Shown one piece after another: positions 32,050 to 44,458 of a stretch of DNA of 64,000 nt (position 1 is the stretch's first letter; the number at the start of each line of letters is the position of its first letter). The position numbers and the translations under genes were made by a program. The stretch comes from Hyaloraphidium curvatum SAG 235-1 (lineage: Eukaryota > Fungi > Monoblepharomycota). The stretch lies in the NCBI GenBank assembly GCA_025558095.1, contig JAIVFI010000023.1, forward strand, positions 62,001 through 126,000, given 5' to 3'. The notes beneath the pieces are model-generated. The model searched no databases. It saw nothing but the letters and a program-made list of their open reading frames with translations, and was not told where the DNA came from.

Positions 32050-32338
32050 GGCTCGTTGGTCCAGGAGGAACAAAGTGGCCGATGTTGGTGCGGCCGTCGC
32101 TGGCGGACGCGGCGGTGCAGGCGCGGGTCTGGTTGGTGGGCGCCGCTTGGACCCGTCTACTGTCCACCCACAGCATGTAGGCTGATCTCAATTGATCGAG
32201 CGGGAAAAAGCACAAGCACTTCATTCAGAGTGAGTCGCGCTGATTGACCGACAGGTTTGTCGCCTTCCCATCCGTCGCATCCGTCGCTGCCTGAGTCAAT
32301 CCGCCCAACTAGAGGCCACACCAGCCGCCCTCGCCGCC

Positions 32339-33036
32339 CTATCCAGCAGGAGGGCAATAAGAGCAGGGTCTTTCAACATCGCGGCAATCCTTGGAGTCAT
32401 GACGAGGCACGTTGTCTCCATATCCGAGAGGGGCATTGCCTGAAAGCGCGCCTTCATCTCGACGGAGTGTGGCCTGCTGAACCCTCTGGTTCAGAACGAT
32501 ACGACGGTGTCTGAACTCCACAGCTTGGTCGAGCAGGCCCCGCGCGTCCACTTCGGCGGCATCCAGCCCCGCGACCTCGGCCCACAGGGCTTCCTTTTCC
32601 CGGAGCAGCACTTCATTTTCGCTCACGAGCTCAATCGCGGTCTCGTGAAACATCACAAACTCGATGACCATCTCCTGAAGGCGCCGCACGCGGAGGGCGG
32701 CGTTGCTAAGAGCCCTGCACGAGGCCTGAAGCGGCACGCGTAGCGGTCCGGAAGAAAGTCCACGATGCGGGAGATGAGCTCTGTTGGCAGAGAAGAAAAG
32801 AAAGACTGGACTGTGCACAGGGCCACCACGATTCGCTGCGGTGCTCCAAAGAGGTACGGCAAGGTGCACCGCCACGTCAGGGCATGCCGCGTGGGCATTC
32901 CCAGGCTCGGCCACCACGAAAGAACGTCCGCTGCGCAGAGAGGAAACTTGAGGAGCAGACTCGTGAGATACACGACTAGGGACTCATAGGTGCTTTGGCT
33001 GGGCGGTTCGAGGTCGGTCTCCACAGGATCCGCCAC
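32339..33036 (-). pseudogene. F-box + coiled-coil gene, frameshifted near 32728
   Basis: LPTELISRIVDFLPDRYACRF in one frame, ASCRAL plus coiled coil in another. Confidence 0.65.
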
Positions 33037-33758
33037 TCAAATGCTTCCGTGGACAGCAACTTGAGAAAAGGACGCCGAAAAAGATCATCTAATTTCAGAT
33101 GGGCCTTCAGACCCTGTGTGCTCGATCGAACCCTAGACCGCGCTGAAAATCGATGCCCACCCGATGTGCCCTCGATGCGCCAAAGGGCGAGCCTGAGCTC
33201 CGACCGCAGAACGTCCGCCTTCCTATCATTAGCTTGTTTGCGCTGATGCACGTCCTTCTCCATTTCATCCACCCAGACCTCGGCCTCCGAAAGGACCGCC
33301 TCGGCCTCCGTGCGCGCACCGTCCGCCAACAAGCCACGGACCATGGCCATCCGCGTCTTGGTCTCAAGACCCAAACCCCTTACCACCTTCGCGATCTTGA
33401 TCGATTCAAGGTCGATGCCGCGGGCATAGCTTATGAGGGCCATTCCGCTCGCGGGGCAGAGCGCGCGGCAAGATTCGCTGAGGCGGCAGGCGTCCGCGTT
33501 CGGCAGGAAATCGACCACGCAGTAGAGCAGCTCCGGTGGTAGAGACGTGATGGTTGGGGTCCTCGGCTCGCTCTGTGCCCCGGGTTTGGCGGGGGAAGAC
33601 ACGATCGACCGCCACGTCACGGAAAGCTCGTGGGGCAAGTTGCTTAGGACGGGCCGGTCTGCGCACGGCAACCCAAAGAAGATGCTCATGGTGTAGAAAA
33701 GTAGCTCGGGGAATACCGCCATGAACGCCTCGACGAACGCGTCGGTCGGCACGCCCAT
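32976..33758 (-). CDS. F-box + coiled-coil protein
   Basis: LPPELLYCVVDFLPNADACRLSESCRAL. Confidence 0.68.
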   Translation of the reverse strand: MGVPTDAFVEAFMAVFPELLFYTMSIFFGLPCADRPVLSNLPHELSVTWRSIVSSPAKPGAQSEPRTPTITSLPPELLYCVVDFLPNADACRLSESCRALCPASGMALISYARGIDLESIKIAKVVRGLGLETKTRMAMVRGLLADGARTEAEAVLSEAEVWVDEMEKDVHQRKQANDRKADVLRSELRLALWRIEGTSGGHRFSARSRVRSSTQGLKAHLKLDDLFRRPFLKLLSTEAFEWRILWRPTSNRPAKAPMSP

Positions 33759-34061
33759 CTCTGCCGGAAAGAGGGTTTGGGTCGTTCTCGCGCACCAGTG
33801 CGCCATCACACGCGGAGGAAGTTCAGCCGATCTACGACCTGGCCTGGTGCAGTGAGCACCATCCATCAACGTCGCTGCTCCTTTGAACTCAATTCGCCTT
33901 GTCCGCTATTCCTGCGGGGGGATGTGGGAGCACGCGGTGGAGGCAAGGAGAACCCTCGCCCTCGCCCCAACCCAAACGTTCTCGCCGAGCACGGCGTTTC
34001 CGGACTCCGAATCACGTCGACGCCTTCCGAAGACATTCACGCAGCGATGCCGGGGACGCGG

Positions 34062-35263
34062 ATGGTCAACAAGTCGTCGGTGGGCGGAATGCAGCCGTTC
34101 TGGATGTGTTCTGACCCTGTCTCCCGCGCGCCGTCCGCCCGCTTTTGGCGCTGTCGTTTCCAGGGCAAGGGCCGCGTGTCACTCGTCACGGGAGCCGCGT
34201 CACAGGGCTTCGGCCGGGCTATCGCCAAGGCATTGGCAGCGGAGGGGGCGCGGGTCGCCGTCAGCGATGTGCCTGCGAGACAGGGCGAGGGGCAAGGTGG
34301 GCCCTGCACGAGAGCCTGCGCAAAAATGCAAGGCTAAAGGCTGAGTGACCGGCAGGTTTGGTGGACGAGATAGCCAAGGACGGAGGGGAAGCGTTCTGGG
34401 TTCCTTTGTAGGCCGTGGCTCGCTCTGGTCTCGGCGCCAGAGACTCATTGCGGCCTGCTGGGAACAGGGACGTGACGGACGAATCGCAGTGGAGCTCTGC
34501 CGTTGACGTGTGCGTCTCGTGGCGAAAGATTGGCTCGCCTTGGAGCTCACCTCGACATTGCCCTGGCCTCTTCGACCCACCTCCAGCGTCGAAAACCAGT
34601 TCGGCGGCCCCTTGGACGTCCTCGTGAACAATGCTGGCATCTCGTCTTTCATCTTCGAGATGCAGGCCGGCGGTTTCGAGGAGCTCTCCCTGGAATCGTG
34701 GAAGAAGGTGCATGAAGTGAACGTCGACGGCGTCTTCCTGGGCCACAAATATGGTGGGCCTCGTCTGCCTGTTGCTGCGCCGCCGGACTAGTTACCTGAC
34801 TGTCCCGCCAGGCATCAAGTCGATGAAGAAGAACACCGCGGCGGAGGTGCCCTCAATCGTCAACCTGTCGTCGCAGGCCGGCATGCAGGGTGTCGCCGTG
34901 ATGGTGGCATACTCCAGCAGCAAGTGGGCCGTCCGGGGATTGGTGAGATGCCGCGCGGATTCCATTCGAACACCCTCGTGACCGCGCCTCACTCAGACCA
35001 AGTCGGTCGCGGCGTACTGCAGCTCGCGCGGCTACCGCATACGTGCCAATTCGGTCCACCCTGGCGTGTTCGCAACGGACATGGCCCGGTCGGACGGCAT
35101 CGTCGGGCCGGACGGCGAGGTCAGGATGCCGATCGAGGCAATGTCGCTCCTTAAGCGGACGGGGGACGTGAGCGAGCTGGCGAACCTCGTCCTGTTCCTC
35201 GCTTCCGACGAGTCCTCATACTGCAACGCTACCGAGTTTGTAATCACCGGAGGGTCGCCGTAG
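34062..35263 (+). CDS. Short-chain dehydrogenase/reductase (multi-exon)
   Basis: LVTGAASQGFG, DVLVNNAG, YSSSK, ANSVHPG, LFLASDES. Confidence 0.88.
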
Positions 35264-35302
35264 ATCGCGATTAGCTATCGGTCTCCTGGAAGCTTCAATA
35301 GA

Positions 35303-35862
35303 TCAATGGTCTCTTTGCCCCAAACCCTGGAGCTCGTGCTCACCGAGAATCGCCTCTCGAGATCTTCCCAGTCGCAATTCCGCCCCAAGCGCAGGACGAA
35401 CGGGAGGCGTCGCGGGCCCCGAAATGCCGATCGCTTCGCGCAGGAGGCTCTTCCTCAAACGCCACATCCCGATGAGCACCGCGTCCAAACGCCTTGCGCA
35501 CTCTTGATATCGGAACATGATATGGAGCTGCCAGCAGTTGGCCTCTTCCAGCGCGCCGGTGATGTCATCCTCGTCATCCGTCGTGACCGCCTCGTCGATA
35601 GCGTCGGTGACAGCATCGATGTAGCGTTCGACCTCGTCGTCCTCCCTCCGTAATTGCGCATCCACGCGGAGGACGCTTGCCTTATCGGCCAGGAGCTGCC
35701 GCAATCGGCGTTCGCGTGCCCAGGTGTCGCGGCGCCGAGGGAACGCCAGCAGAGAGCAAGGCGACACGCGTTCCCGTGCGGCAGAAAGTCGACGAGGCGG
35801 AGGAAGAGCTCAGACAGTATTGTCGAGAGGGCCGCCGGACCGGTGCCGATAGGTATGGCCAT
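35303..35862 (-). pseudogene. F-box + coiled-coil gene, frameshifted near 35730
   Basis: ELFLRLVDFLPHGNACRL then RERRLRQL coiled coil in a different frame. Confidence 0.6.
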
Positions 35863-35972
35863 TTTCGGCGACGCGGAAATGGCGGAAATGGAGAAAAAGA
35901 CGCGTCTCACGTCGGCGATCAGCTCACTTTTCAAGACCGCAACAACAGCACTTCCAGATACAGCAGTCAAAA

Positions 35973-37369
35973 CTAGCTCTGTTCTGCCCCGGCGCCGCCG
36001 CCGCCTCCGCCTTCCCCGACATCTGCCGCTGCCCTGAAGGTCTTGATCCTCCTACCCACCTGCTTCCTGCAGATCTGCGTGGAACAAACCAGATTAGCAT
36101 CGCGACTCTGCCCAGCCAGCAACCTTTGAACCCACCGGGCAGGCATCGACCCTCTCGGCGCACCCCGCGCACAGGCAGTAGTGCATGCACGGCGCCAGTA
36201 TCACTTCCGGCCTCCTGTCCAGGCACACGGCGCACTTTTCTGACTCGGCGACGGCTGTTGCCGGCCCTTCCGCCGGCCCGTCCTCCGTTCCGGTCCCGGA
36301 ATCCGCCCGCCGCGACAGCCGAGGCAGCAGCACCCCGACGCCGGCGAACGCGAGGATGACGAAGAACAGCGCCTTCCACCTGCGTGCGCGGGTGCGGGCC
36401 TCGGAAAGGTACTCGTCGTGGGATTGGGCGACGAGGAAGAGGGAGGGGAGGGTGCGCCAGGAGCGGGGGAGGAGGTAGAAGGGGAAGGGGGGGGAGGCGC
36501 CGGCGGGGGTGTCGATGGTGGGGGGGAGGAGGTAGGGGACGGGGTTCGCGGGCTTCAGTTCGCCTGCAGACGAGAGCGGGGAGGTTAAGACCGACGTCGA
36601 CAAGAGAAGATGCCGCCAATCGGCGAGGCTCACCGAATCCGACCACCTTTTCGCCCGCTCTGAGCCCCCTCTCGACGCCCGACACCCCGATCTCCCTCTC
36701 CACGATCCGCAGCAAGCCCGGCGCCAGTTCGTCCTCCCACAGCGTCAGATCGCGCCCCGTCGTCGGTGCCGTCACGAACTCCTGGTTCAGCAGCGGCAGC
36801 GCCGGCTGGAAGTCTGCCGGGCTGGGCGGGTGGCTCGCCGGCACGCGCACAGCCGGGAGCAGGTCCTTCGCGGCAGCAGCCGCGTCCGTGCCGCCCTCGG
36901 AAGCCGGCACGCAGATGTCCATGACCCCCTCGGGCGCCGAAGCGGGGTAGTTGAGGATGTCCGAGATGCGCAACACGCCCTTTGCCCAAGCGCGCTTGGC
37001 CGAGTCCCAGGTCCAGAAATGCCGGTCCACGAGCTTCTGGAAGACCAGCAGTGGCTTCTCCTCGGCCTTTTTGGATATCGACGCCGCGATGCCTGCGGGA
37101 AGGCGTCACTCCGTCCCTGAACTGTCCCCGTCCCGCCTCCCACCTTCCACAAAGACGTACTTCCCCGCCATTTTCTCGGCGTTACCAGCGCTTCCGGCAA
37201 ACGGCTCCGCGCGCTCGACCAGCCACGCCTGCAGCTCGCACCACCGCCACCACGCGAAGCCGGCCGACGCGAGCAGCGTCACAAGCGCGAGCTCCGGCGT
37301 CACCAGAGGCCGGCCGGGAGGGGCCGGCGGCGCCGGGACGCGCAGAGGAACCGAGATCCGGAGGGACAT
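35973..37369 (-). CDS. MUL1/GIDE-like membrane RING E3 ubiquitin ligase
   Basis: N-terminal TM, KYVFVEG, ERGLRAGEKVVGFG, second TM, C3HC4 RING CAVCLD...PCMHYCLC..C...CP|ICR after splicing. Confidence 0.72.
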
Positions 37370-37889
37370 GGCGTCGCCGCGCCGAAACGGCCGACCGCTG
37401 GTTGGAGTTTCAATGTCTGACGGATCTAATGCGCGTGACGTTGGAGTTTCTTCAGTCGCCAGCCACAACTCAGCGGAGACCTGCGGACGCCAAGCCAATA
37501 GCGCGAGGCCGCAGACCAGATCCATCAGCCTAGTAAAGCGAACATGGACCGTAGACCTTTCTTGGAAGTTACATGGCGCCGGCGGATGCTTGAGAAGTAG
37601 ACTCCGCGTCAACTTGGCTGCGCTCCGCTTCCGTTCAGTCCACCAATAAAACCTATCCGAATCCTGTATCCGAGGAGTTGCCTTTGCTTGCTATAGACTG
37701 GTTTCTCTGCGGCCTGGTGAAAGCTGATGGAAGCAACGAGGTCATTCTGCGAGCGAACGCCGGGTTTAGCCGGCGAATCGGACTCAAAACGAAAGGCGCG
37801 CAATCCGGCGTCTGCCTCTCCAGCGCCCGCAGTTGTTCTCTTCTCGTTCTTCTTTTGTATCTGCGTGCCTGCCCCGCGCCGCCGCCGCG

Positions 37890-39293
37890 ATGCCGCTCGC
37901 CGAGGCGACGCCCGAGTCGTGCGGCCTGTCTCCCTCGCGGCTCGCCAGGATCCCCGCATTCCTCGAGGAGCGCTACATCAAGACCGGCGACCTTCCCAAT
38001 TACCTCGTCGCCGTCGTGCGCAACGGCAAGGTGTGCTACTCGGCACACGGCGGGCTGGCCGACGTCGCGCGGGGGACGCCGGTGGCCGAGGATACAATCT
38101 TCCGGATTTATTCAATGACCAAACCGATTACGAGCGTGGCGATCATGATGCTCGTGGAAGAGGGCAAGATCGCTATCGAGGACCCCGTGTTCAAGTACAT
38201 CCCGTCGTGGAAAGACCTCCGCGTCTACGACGGCGGCGTGTACCCGGACTTCAGGACCAAGCGGCCGGCGAGGCCGATGCTTGTCGTCGACCTGCTCAGG
38301 CAGTGAGTCGACGCTGTTTGGCGCGTCGTGACTCGCGACGTCTGACCGAATTCGTTCCCGTGCCCGCCCCTGCCGACTTCGGTGACTTGTCTCCTCGCGT
38401 TCCAGCACCTCGGGCCTGACCTACGACTTCCAATTCCGCACCAACGTCGACGCCGCCTACCGCGAGCTCGGCATCGGCTCGCAGAAGCACACCCTGGAGG
38501 AGACCATCGCCCTCCTCGCCAAGCTCCCGCTCGAGTTCTCGCCCGGCGAGGCCTGGAACTACTCCGTCTCGACCGACGTCCTGGGTTACCTCGTGCAGGT
38601 GGTCTCCGGGATGAAGTTCGAGGATTTTCTCCGCTCCAGGATCTTTGAGCCCCTGGGGATGATCGACACCGGCTTCGTCGTGCCCCCCGAAAAGATCGGC
38701 AGGCTGGCGGGCTTGTACGGCAAGGGCCGCAAGCGCAAGCTCGTCCCCATGGACGACCCCCGCAAGTCGGACCGCGCGGCGATGCCCAAGTTCGTCAGCG
38801 GCGGCGGCGGCCTGGTGTCGACTGCTGCGGACTACCTCCGCTTCAGCAAGATGCTGCTCAACGGCGGGCGGCTGGACGGCGTCAGGCTGCTGTCGCGGAG
38901 GACGCTGAAGCTGATGGCGTCGAACCACATCCCCGGGGGGAGGGACCTGGCGACCGCGTCGACGTCAATGTTCTCCGAGGCCGGGAACGAGGGGATGGGG
39001 TTCGGGCTGGGATTCTCGGTGCTGATGGATCCGGCGGCGGCGATGAGCGCGGGAGGGAAGGGCCAGTTTGCCTGGGTGAGTTGCTTCCGCGCGGTGGACG
39101 GAACAGGGCTGACTGTCCGTGTTGCCAGGGCGGAGCGGCGTCCACGGCCTTCTGGATTGACCCCGAGGAGGATCTTGCGGTGGTCTTTATGACCCAGCTG
39201 ATGCCGTCGAGCACCTTTCCGATCCGCAGGGAGCTGCAGACGCTCGTCAGCGCGGCCGTGGACGACGACGCACCCGCCAAGTCGAAGCTATAA
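37890..39293 (+). CDS. Beta-lactamase-family serine hydrolase, predicted peroxisomal
   Basis: FRIYSMTK (SxxK), WNYS, IFEPLGM, GGGLVST, W|GGAAST; ends -SKL. Confidence 0.9.
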
Positions 39294-39432
39294 CTCTGGG
39301 GCAGACTCCGTCTAGTCCAACGGCACCTCTCCCGCCCGTGTACATGCGGCAATAGCGATGCCAAGCTACGCTCTAATCTCTAGCGTGTCCGAAATACCAC
39401 CCCGCTCCGAAATCAGCTGCGATATTGACAGG

Positions 39433-40209
39433 TCAGGCCAGCGATCGCTCGTCCCCGGCCCCCTCGTAAGCCTCCGCGGCCCCTTCCCCGACGACCACCA
39501 CCGCCGGCTCCGGCATCTCCTCCCCCATTTCCATCCCGCGGCGGGCGAGCGCGAGCCGGCGGTACCCAACCGAGCAGTCCGGCACGGGGCACGACCCGCC
39601 GGGCAGCGAGGCGAACTCCTGCGCCCAGAAGGCGCCGTTGCGGGCCGAGCCGAAGCAGTTGTACGCGGGGTTGAGGATAGCGTCGCGGTGGTGGGGGGAG
39701 TTCATGAACGCGGCTTGAAGGGGGGAGGTGATCGGACGAAAGCGGGGGTGTAGGGAGATCGGCGGCAACGCGGAGGAAATGAGGAAGAAATCAGCATCCC
39801 AACGATTCGTTTGCAAACGAAGAGACCCACTCATGGCCTCGCGCGAGGTGAGCATGCCCCCGGCGACGTTCTCGGCGCCCAGCGACAGCCCGAGCGGGGC
39901 GAGCGCGGTGAGCCTCGTCACGGGTGTCGACCCGTCGCTGTGGATGCCGAACACCAGATCAGATCCATTTTCGAGATCAGACGAAGTGCCAGCTTCGCAC
40001 CTGCCGTCGTGCGTCACCCTCCCCATCCACCGCATACCGTCCGCCTGGCTCCGCGCGACGCCCTGCAAGGGAGCCCAGAAACCGACGGGGGCGAGGCCCC
40101 GCGAGGCGCGCTCAATGTTGACGAGGCAGATGAACGGGTCGGTGTAGGCGAAAGCGGGGGCGGCGAGCGCGAGGAGCGCGAGGAGGGCGAGGGAAAGGCG
40201 GGCGGGCAT
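39433..40209 (-). CDS. Secreted CAP/SCP-domain protein
   Basis: Signal peptide, LVNIERASRGL, ENVAGG, FMNSPHHRDAIL, FWAQEF. Confidence 0.85.
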   Translation of the reverse strand: MPARLSLALLALLALAAPAFAYTDPFICLVNIERASRGLAPVGFWAPLQGVARSQADGMRWMGRVTHDGRCEAGTSSDLENGSDLVFGIHSDGSTPVTRLTALAPLGLSLGAENVAGGMLTSREAMSGSLRLQTNRWDADFFLISSALPPISLHPRFRPITSPLQAAFMNSPHHRDAILNPAYNCFGSARNGAFWAQEFASLPGGSCPVPDCSVGYRRLALARRGMEMGEEMPEPAVVVVGEGAAEAYEGAGDERSLA

Positions 40210-41367
40210 GGCGGGCAGAGGCGCGGCGCGGTGGGCGGGAGTGGTGGCGCGGGTGAGTGATGAGGGAGAGCAGATGTTGGAGAAGAGCGAGCGAGGTCCC
40301 CTTTTGTATGGAAATCGCGGTGGTTTGTGGTTCGCGCCGATCGACACGACCTCGGGGGAATCGACCGATGACTCGCCACCAACATTCGACAACAAATATC
40401 ATCACCACAAAAACCCGGTATGGTAGCACAGACCAGGGGCCCAATTGCGACCTGGCTGCGCGTGCGCAATATGACCACAGGTGCGAGCCGACACTTGGCA
40501 GTGGCCCGTGAAGGAGGGAGTCCCTTTCAATCCACTGGACCTACCGCTTGCCTTATTCCATGAAGGATCTCAGGAAGACGGGACCACCTGATGTTTTTCC
40601 CCGCAACAGCCGTTCTTCAATCCCAGTGAACGCTTTCGTTGGGCATCTCTTGTCTGTTAGAGGGCCTGGAACCACCTCCCAACGCCGACGCCTAGTCCCG
40701 GGGCCCATCCCTCGATCCCGAGGCCTCCGGGGCATCTCATCCGTCGGGCGGGGTTGCGGTGATCCGCTATCGGCAAAGCGGCGAAGTGGCGCATCGGTTC
40801 TCACGCGCCGTTGCGACCCCGGCGCACCCGCCGGACAGGCACGGCCGCTTGCCTTGCCGCTGACCGCTGGGGCTTCCAATCGACGAGGTCCCGGCCATTG
40901 GCGCTGGGGATGCCGCTGATTCCGATCCCCCGGAACGGGCTTCTCGGCGTTGAGTTAGCGAGCTGCGTCAGACCAATGCAGGGCCGGAAACCGGGCGGAG
41001 TGCACGTCCGGACTCGGAGCGACGGTGGTATTTCTCCGGGCGGGCGTTGGGTCCGCAGGAAGCGCGGGATGGATGCCGGGATCCGGATTTCGAGGGGGTG
41101 GAATAGGGTTCCGGGGGTCCCCAGCCCGAATGACGTCGTGCTGTGGCCCATCACAAATCCTCTCCCCGACGAGTCAACCACGAACGCGCTTCTGCAGAGC
41201 TGCAGGCCCGAGCGACGGGCCGCACTTTCCGGAACATCACCAGCACGCTCGGTGCAGCGTGCGCAGGCGGCGAGCGGGGCCGGCGGGAGCAAGCCCGGGT
41301 CCCGCGCCACCGGGTTCACTCCAATTGGCCGGGCGGCCGAAAGGAGCGCCGGCGGACGCGCGGCGCC

Positions 41368-43327
41368 ATGCCGGCGGGCGTCGCGGGCAGCTTCGACGGC
41401 GCGGACGCGGACGGCGCGGCGGCGGTGGCGGCGTGGGCTCAGGGCGCCGCGCCGCTGCTCTTTGCCCACGGCCCGCCGGCCGACTTCTCCGACGATTCCA
41501 ACGGGGAGCACCGGGCCGGCAGCCACGGCGCCCCGTTCCCGAACTACACGTTCCGCGGCGGCTCCGGGCTGCCGGTGCCCGAGTTCGTCCCCGCGCCGCG
41601 CGACGCGCCGTCGCCGCCGCCGGCCACCCCCGGCACCGGCACGCCCTCGCTGCCGTCGGCAGACCCCGCCCTGCCCGTGCACGTGACGATCCCCGTCGAC
41701 GCAACGGTGGCCCTCGTCAGGCTGTTTTTCCGCTCGCACCCGCGGCTGAGGCTGCTGCACGAGCGGAGGGTGTGCAGGGACTTTCCGCCGCGGCAGGCGG
41801 TGCTCTCGTGCCTCTTGCTGAACGCCGCGGGATTCTTGGCGCAATCCTTGGCAAAGGGTGACGCCGACGCCCACGCGCTGGCGCACGTGCCGGACCCCGA
41901 GGGCCTCGAGACGCGGCTTTTCGAGGAGGCCACGGCCGAGATAAACGTATGGCTGCGCGCCGACCCCTCCGAGAAGACGCCGCTCGACGCCGCCGATTTT
42001 CTCGCCGCGCCGCTTATCATGCACGAGTGGGCCGAGCGCAGGGGGCTCCGCGACCTGGCGGAGAAGCTCGAGGGCGTGTGCGGGCTCGCGGCAAATTCGG
42101 CGCTGTCCTCGCCGCAGGACAGCACCACGGCATCCTGGGAAGCCGTCATGTGCTCCTCGATGCGGGCGTCCACGGCCGACGAGGTCCGAGAAGCGCCGCT
42201 CGACGCCGGGGGTGTTTCCGCCCTGCGGGATGCGTGGACGGCGTACCACGAGTTCCAGGGCTGCCTGTTTGCGCTGGCGCGGATCAAGGCCGAGGCGGCA
42301 GCAAGAGAATCCATGTGCAAGAAGCGCGGGGACCCGGCGGGGCTGGACGGGATCGTGCGGCACCTCCGCATGCTGCCGACGGATGCAACCTGGCGGGCGT
42401 CGTTCGACGACGACTTCGACCCGCGGTTCGTGGACTACACCCCGGCCCTCGTCTTTCCCCTCCTCTCCTGGATCGGAGCCGGCCCCTCCCCCGCCGCCCT
42501 CCCGTCGCACCTTCCCACCCCCGGCCTCCCCTTCCTCCTCCTTGCCCGCCTGCGCCTGCTCCTCGACGCCCTGCACGCCTCCGCCTCCGCCTCCTCCCTC
42601 CCCTCCCCCGCGCGCACCGCAAGCAACTCCTCCACCGGCCCCCCCGGCGAGCTGCGGCACTCGTCCTTCACCCCCTCGCTGGAGCGCCGCCGCCGCGGGC
42701 TGCTCGCCTCGGTGCGCGAGCTCCGGAAGCTGCTGGCGGGACGCGGGAAGGCGGACGAAGGGGCGAGGGCGGTGCTCGCGGGGGCGTGGATGGAGCTCGA
42801 GACGCCGTGCGGGGAGGTTTTTGCCGAGGGACGGGTGCATCCCGGGTGCGTCGAGGGGCTGGCGGAGGAGGCGGCGGCCGCCGAGGGCGGGGGCGAGATG
42901 GTGAAGGAGGTGGGCTCGCCGCGCCGTCGTGGGCGGTCGCATGGACCCGTGCTGACCCCGCCCGACCCGTCTGCAGATCCTCGAAGCGACTTCGGAGCTC
43001 CGCAAGATGTCCAAGGCCTCGCGCCGCCCGCCCGGCCCGCTGCACGGCCCGCCGCTGCTCTGCATCTCCCTGTTCCACCTCTCGGCGCACCGCCGCCTCC
43101 TTGTCCGCGGCGGCCCGCCCGGCGTGCACGCCACCGTGCTCCGCCAGCTGGCCGCGTGCGCGTCGCTGCTCCAGGCCGCCGATGCGGGCGGGGACGCGGT
43201 CCTGTCGGCGGCGAGGGGGCTGGTCGCGGGGGTGCTGAGGGAGGCGGGGGTGGGGGAGGCGGCGGGCGACGGGGGGACGAGGAGGGGGGAGGCGGAGGCG
43301 CTGGCGGCGTGGTTGGGGTGCAAGTGA
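41368..43327 (+). CDS. Divergent Fungal_trans-like hypothetical protein
   Basis: LFFRSHPRLRLLHE, AVLSCLLLNAAG; intron near 42910-42976 joins the 43007-43327 frame. Confidence 0.5.
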
Positions 43328-43549
43328 TCGGCCGGGGTGGATGAGGGGTATAACGGTGGACGGGAGCCTGCGTCGCGGGACTTATGTACGGCGTGCGTTT
43401 ATTGGCTTTGATGAAAGAAATGATTGGATCTGAAACGACGCGTCGCCCTGCGCGATCTGTGGGAGCAAGGAGAAAGCGGCCGCCGCGCTGGTCAAAGTTT
43501 GCTTGTTGTCTCAGACCCCGGTCAACCGCCTCCCGTGTTTGCGGCCGCC

Positions 43550-44458
43550 ATGTCGGCTCCTCCCGCGGCTCCGTCCCGGCCAGCCTTTTTGTTCGGAGTG
43601 CCGCCGTCTGCGGAGGGCACCGAGGCGTTCTCCGGCCGGGCGCGGGACTTCCGCTTCGACTTTTCGGTGCCGGTCCCCCCCGCCGCGGACTCGGACCGCG
43701 ACGGCGCGCATCCCGGGGACCTCGTGGCCGCGCGAATCGCGGTCGGAACCGCCCGCCGCGCTCGGCATGCCCAACCACGCAGGCCCCGCTTGCCGTCGCC
43801 GGAACTGCTCCCGGACGGCCATGACGGGCCCACGAACGCGCTGCGCAGGTTCGCGGCTTCCGTGCCTTCCCCCGACGCCTACCTTCCCGCCGCGAGAAGC
43901 ACGGCGTACGAGCACTCTCGCCACTCCCTGGGCGGGTTCGTCACCTACGAAGGAGTGGAGGTCCGCCGCCCCCGGCAAGCCGCACCCGCGCCCGACCCCA
44001 CGCCATCCCGCGCGTCGCCTGCCCCGCGCACCCCCACCACCCGCGAGCAGCTCGACAACCAGAGGTTCGCCGTGTACTACGCCTGGCGGAAGCTCTCCCT
44101 CTTCTGGGCCGGCTCCTCGCTGGCAGGCGCGGCGTGGTACGCCCGGGCGCTGATCCACGATGCGTGCGGCCGCGGGCAGGGGTGCGCGCATCGAATCGGC
44201 GGGGGCGCCCGGGTAGGCGTACTCGCTGGCGGAGGGCGGCGGGTCAGCGGGCGATCGGCGCCCCGCCTCATTCGGCGGGCCCACCAGAAGTGTTCCGCGG
44301 GGCAATCACCGCAGGAGCGGGCGAAGACGGCGCCGGGGGACGGCGGGTCGAGTGGCGCCGCGAGGGCGGCGCAGGCAAACAGGAGCGCGAGCAGCGGGGC
44401 GGCGGCCGCGGGGCGCATCGCGGGGCAGGGCGCGGTGACAGCTCCTCGGTTGAGGTGA
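43550..44458 (+). CDS. Hypothetical protein (overlaps a possible minus-strand secreted ORF)
   Basis: Protein-like segments DFRFDFSVP and QRFAVYYAWRKLSLFW; 3' end uncertain. Confidence 0.35.
   Translation: MSAPPAAPSRPAFLFGVPPSAEGTEAFSGRARDFRFDFSVPVPPAADSDRDGAHPGDLVAARIAVGTARRARHAQPRRPRLPSPELLPDGHDGPTNALRRFAASVPSPDAYLPAARSTAYEHSRHSLGGFVTYEGVEVRRPRQAAPAPDPTPSRASPAPRTPTTREQLDNQRFAVYYAWRKLSLFWAGSSLAGAAWYARALIHDACGRGQGCAHRIGGGARVGVLAGGGRRVSGRSAPRLIRRAHQKCSAGQSPQERAKTAPGDGGSSGAARAAQANRSASSGAAAAGRIAGQGAVTAPRLR

Noticed and set aside
40801-43323. Long antisense or alternate-frame ORFs (840 aa here; also 15125-16828 and 30008-31363)
   Set aside because: Arg/Gly/Pro-rich shadows expected at high GC, overlapping better-supported genes.
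44077-44418. Minus-strand ORF with a signal peptide and Cys residues
   Set aside because: Could not build a consistent spliced model, and it overlaps the plus-strand ORF; left unresolved.
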